Below, one piece after another: positions 62,585 through 64,000 of a stretch of DNA of 64,000 nt. How positions within the stretch are numbered: position 1 is the stretch's first letter; each line of letters starts with the position of its first letter. Source of the stretch: Gammaproteobacteria bacterium (GTDB lineage Bacteria; Pseudomonadota; Gammaproteobacteria; Eutrophobiales; Eutrophobiaceae); NCBI GenBank assembly GCA_965238225.1, contig OZ250183.1, positions 512,001-576,000 of the forward strand. The letters run 5' to 3'. The notes under the pieces were generated by a model. It was given only the letters and a program-made list of their open reading frames with translations, ran no database searches and was not told the origin of the DNA. Position numbers and translations under genes: made by a program.

Positions 62585-64000
62585 TCAAATGTGCAGAGCG
62601 CGATTGTGCACGTCCAAGGCGGCTTCATGTATCGCCTCAGCCAGTGTAGGATGTCCGTGTATGCTGCGGGCAATGTCTTCGCTACTTCCATCAAATTCCA
62701 TGGCCAATACGGCTTCAGAGATGAGTTCTGAGGCATTTGATCCTAATATATGCACGCCGAGTATCCGATCAGTCTGTTTATTGGCCAGTATCTTAACCAT
62801 CCCTGATGTATCCCCCATAGTTCTTGCTCGGCTGTTGGCAATAAAGGGAAATGTGCCAACCTTGTAATCAATATTGCTTGCCTGTAGCGCTTGTTCGGTC
62901 ATGCCTACCCAGGCAATTTCTGGCCAAGTGTAAATAACCCAAGGAATAGTTTGATAATTGACATGTCCAGCTTGGTTCGCAATTCGTTCTGCCACAGCCA
63001 CACCTTCTTCCGATGCCTTATGAGCAAGCATGGGTCCGCGAACGACATCTCCTACAGCATAGACATTCGGTAGATTCGTTTGGCATTCATCATCAACCAC
63101 AATGAATCCTTTTTCATCTAGAACTAGGCCACAAGTTTCAGTATCCAGACCCTCTGTATTGGGTGTTCGGCCTACGGCAACGATTAATTTATCAACACTT
63201 ATCTGTTGTTTACCTTCCGTATTCTCATAGACGATAATCACTTCTTGATTATTTGAGCCAGTGCCTGTGACCTTTGCGCCGAGTTTGATATTCAAACCTT
63301 GTTGGCTAAGAATTTTATAGGCTTCATCGGACAGCTGATTATCGACGGGCTCAAGAAATGACTCCAATGCTTCGAGAATAACCACGTCGGATCCCATGCG
63401 ATTCCAAACACTGCCTAGCTCAAGACCAATGACTCCTGCGCCAATGATGCCAAGTTTTCTAGGTGTTTCATCAAAGGCAAGGGCGCCAGTTGAGTCGATG
63501 ATTCTGTCGTTATCGACCTTTGCAGGTAGAATTTTTGTTGGTTTTGAGCCTGTGGCGATAATGATATGTTTGGCAGAAACAGTTATTTTTTCTTCATGCT
63601 CAGTGAGAGAATGCGAAACATCTACTATATAATGATCTGAGTTATCTTTTGATGTAATGCGTCCGTGACCATGCAAGAGGTCTATATTATTTTTTTTGAA
63701 TAGACCGCCTATCCCCTGTGTCAGGGTATCGACGATATTGTCTTTGCGCTTCATCATTTTACTAACATTCATACTGGCACCAGAAACATTAATTCCGTGA
63801 TGAGCCGCATCATTTTTCAGGTAAGATAAATGATGCGTCGATTCCAGCAAGGCTTTTGAAGGGATACAGCCGACATTCAGGCAAGTACCCCCTAAGGCTG
63901 TGTCGCCATTTTTTTTACTCCAACTCTCAACACAAGCAACAGAAAGTCCTAATTGAGCACAACGAATAGCGGCGACATATCCTCCAGGTCCTGCACCAAT
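62585..64000 (-). CDS. lpdA: Second dihydrolipoamide dehydrogenase, 5' end outside the window; likely from a sucAB-lpd operon
   Basis: Frame is open to the window edge: IGAGPGGYVAAIRCAQLG...GGTCLNVGCIPSKAL; HGHPTLAE. Confidence 0.92.
   Translation of the reverse strand: MGAGPGGYVAAIRCAQLGLSVACVESWSKKNGDTALGGTCLNVGCIPSKALLESTHHLSYLKNDAAHHGINVSGASMNVSKMMKRKDNIVDTLTQGIGGLFKKNNIDLLHGHGRITSKDNSDHYIVDVSHSLTEHEEKITVSAKHIIIATGSKPTKILPAKVDNDRIIDSTGALAFDETPRKLGIIGAGVIGLELGSVWNRMGSDVVILEALESFLEPVDNQLSDEAYKILSQQGLNIKLGAKVTGTGSNNQEVIIVYENTEGKQQISVDKLIVAVGRTPNTEGLDTETCGLVLDEKGFIVVDDECQTNLPNVYAVGDVVRGPMLAHKASEEGVAVAERIANQAGHVNYQTIPWVIYTWPEIAWVGMTEQALQASNIDYKVGTFPFIANSRARTMGDTSGMVKILANKQTDRILGVHILGSNASELISEAVLAMEFDGSSEDIARSIHGHPTLAEAIHEAALDVHNRALHI

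Noticed and set aside
1-64000. rRNA, tRNA or prophage genes
   Set aside because: None recognised by eye; a tRNAscan or Infernal run would be needed to exclude small RNAs

Overview
AT-rich gammaproteobacterial chromosome window. Core genes: nitrilase, alaC-hom-thrC, recJ, prfB (programmed +1 frameshift), lysS, argG, aceE-aceF-lpdA, M17 aminopeptidase, msrB, an AddAB-like pair, fabA/fabB, ispG, acs, a class III PHA cluster (phaE-phaC, two phasins, two phaB, phaR, phaA) and a second lpd cut by the window end. The main result is an integron at about 34.0-37.7 kb that the ORF track does not show. It has four attC sites on the minus strand and a divergent, mostly deleted intI remnant. One cassette is an intact copper nitrite reductase (nirK) with an attC 4 nt after its stop codon, while three neighbouring cassettes, including a TIR-domain gene, are frameshifted. 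Second, an oxazolin/bufferin-type RiPP locus (precursor, DUF692, DUF2063, and a DoxX gene about 6 kb away) has a precursor with 17 EGKCG and 6 EGKKM repeats. Many accessory genes are decayed (ThDP decarboxylase, DUF262/HNH nuclease, cspA, pilin, IS3 orfA, TauE), which suggests genome erosion or, in part, sequencing error. Family assignments come from motif recognition, not database searches.
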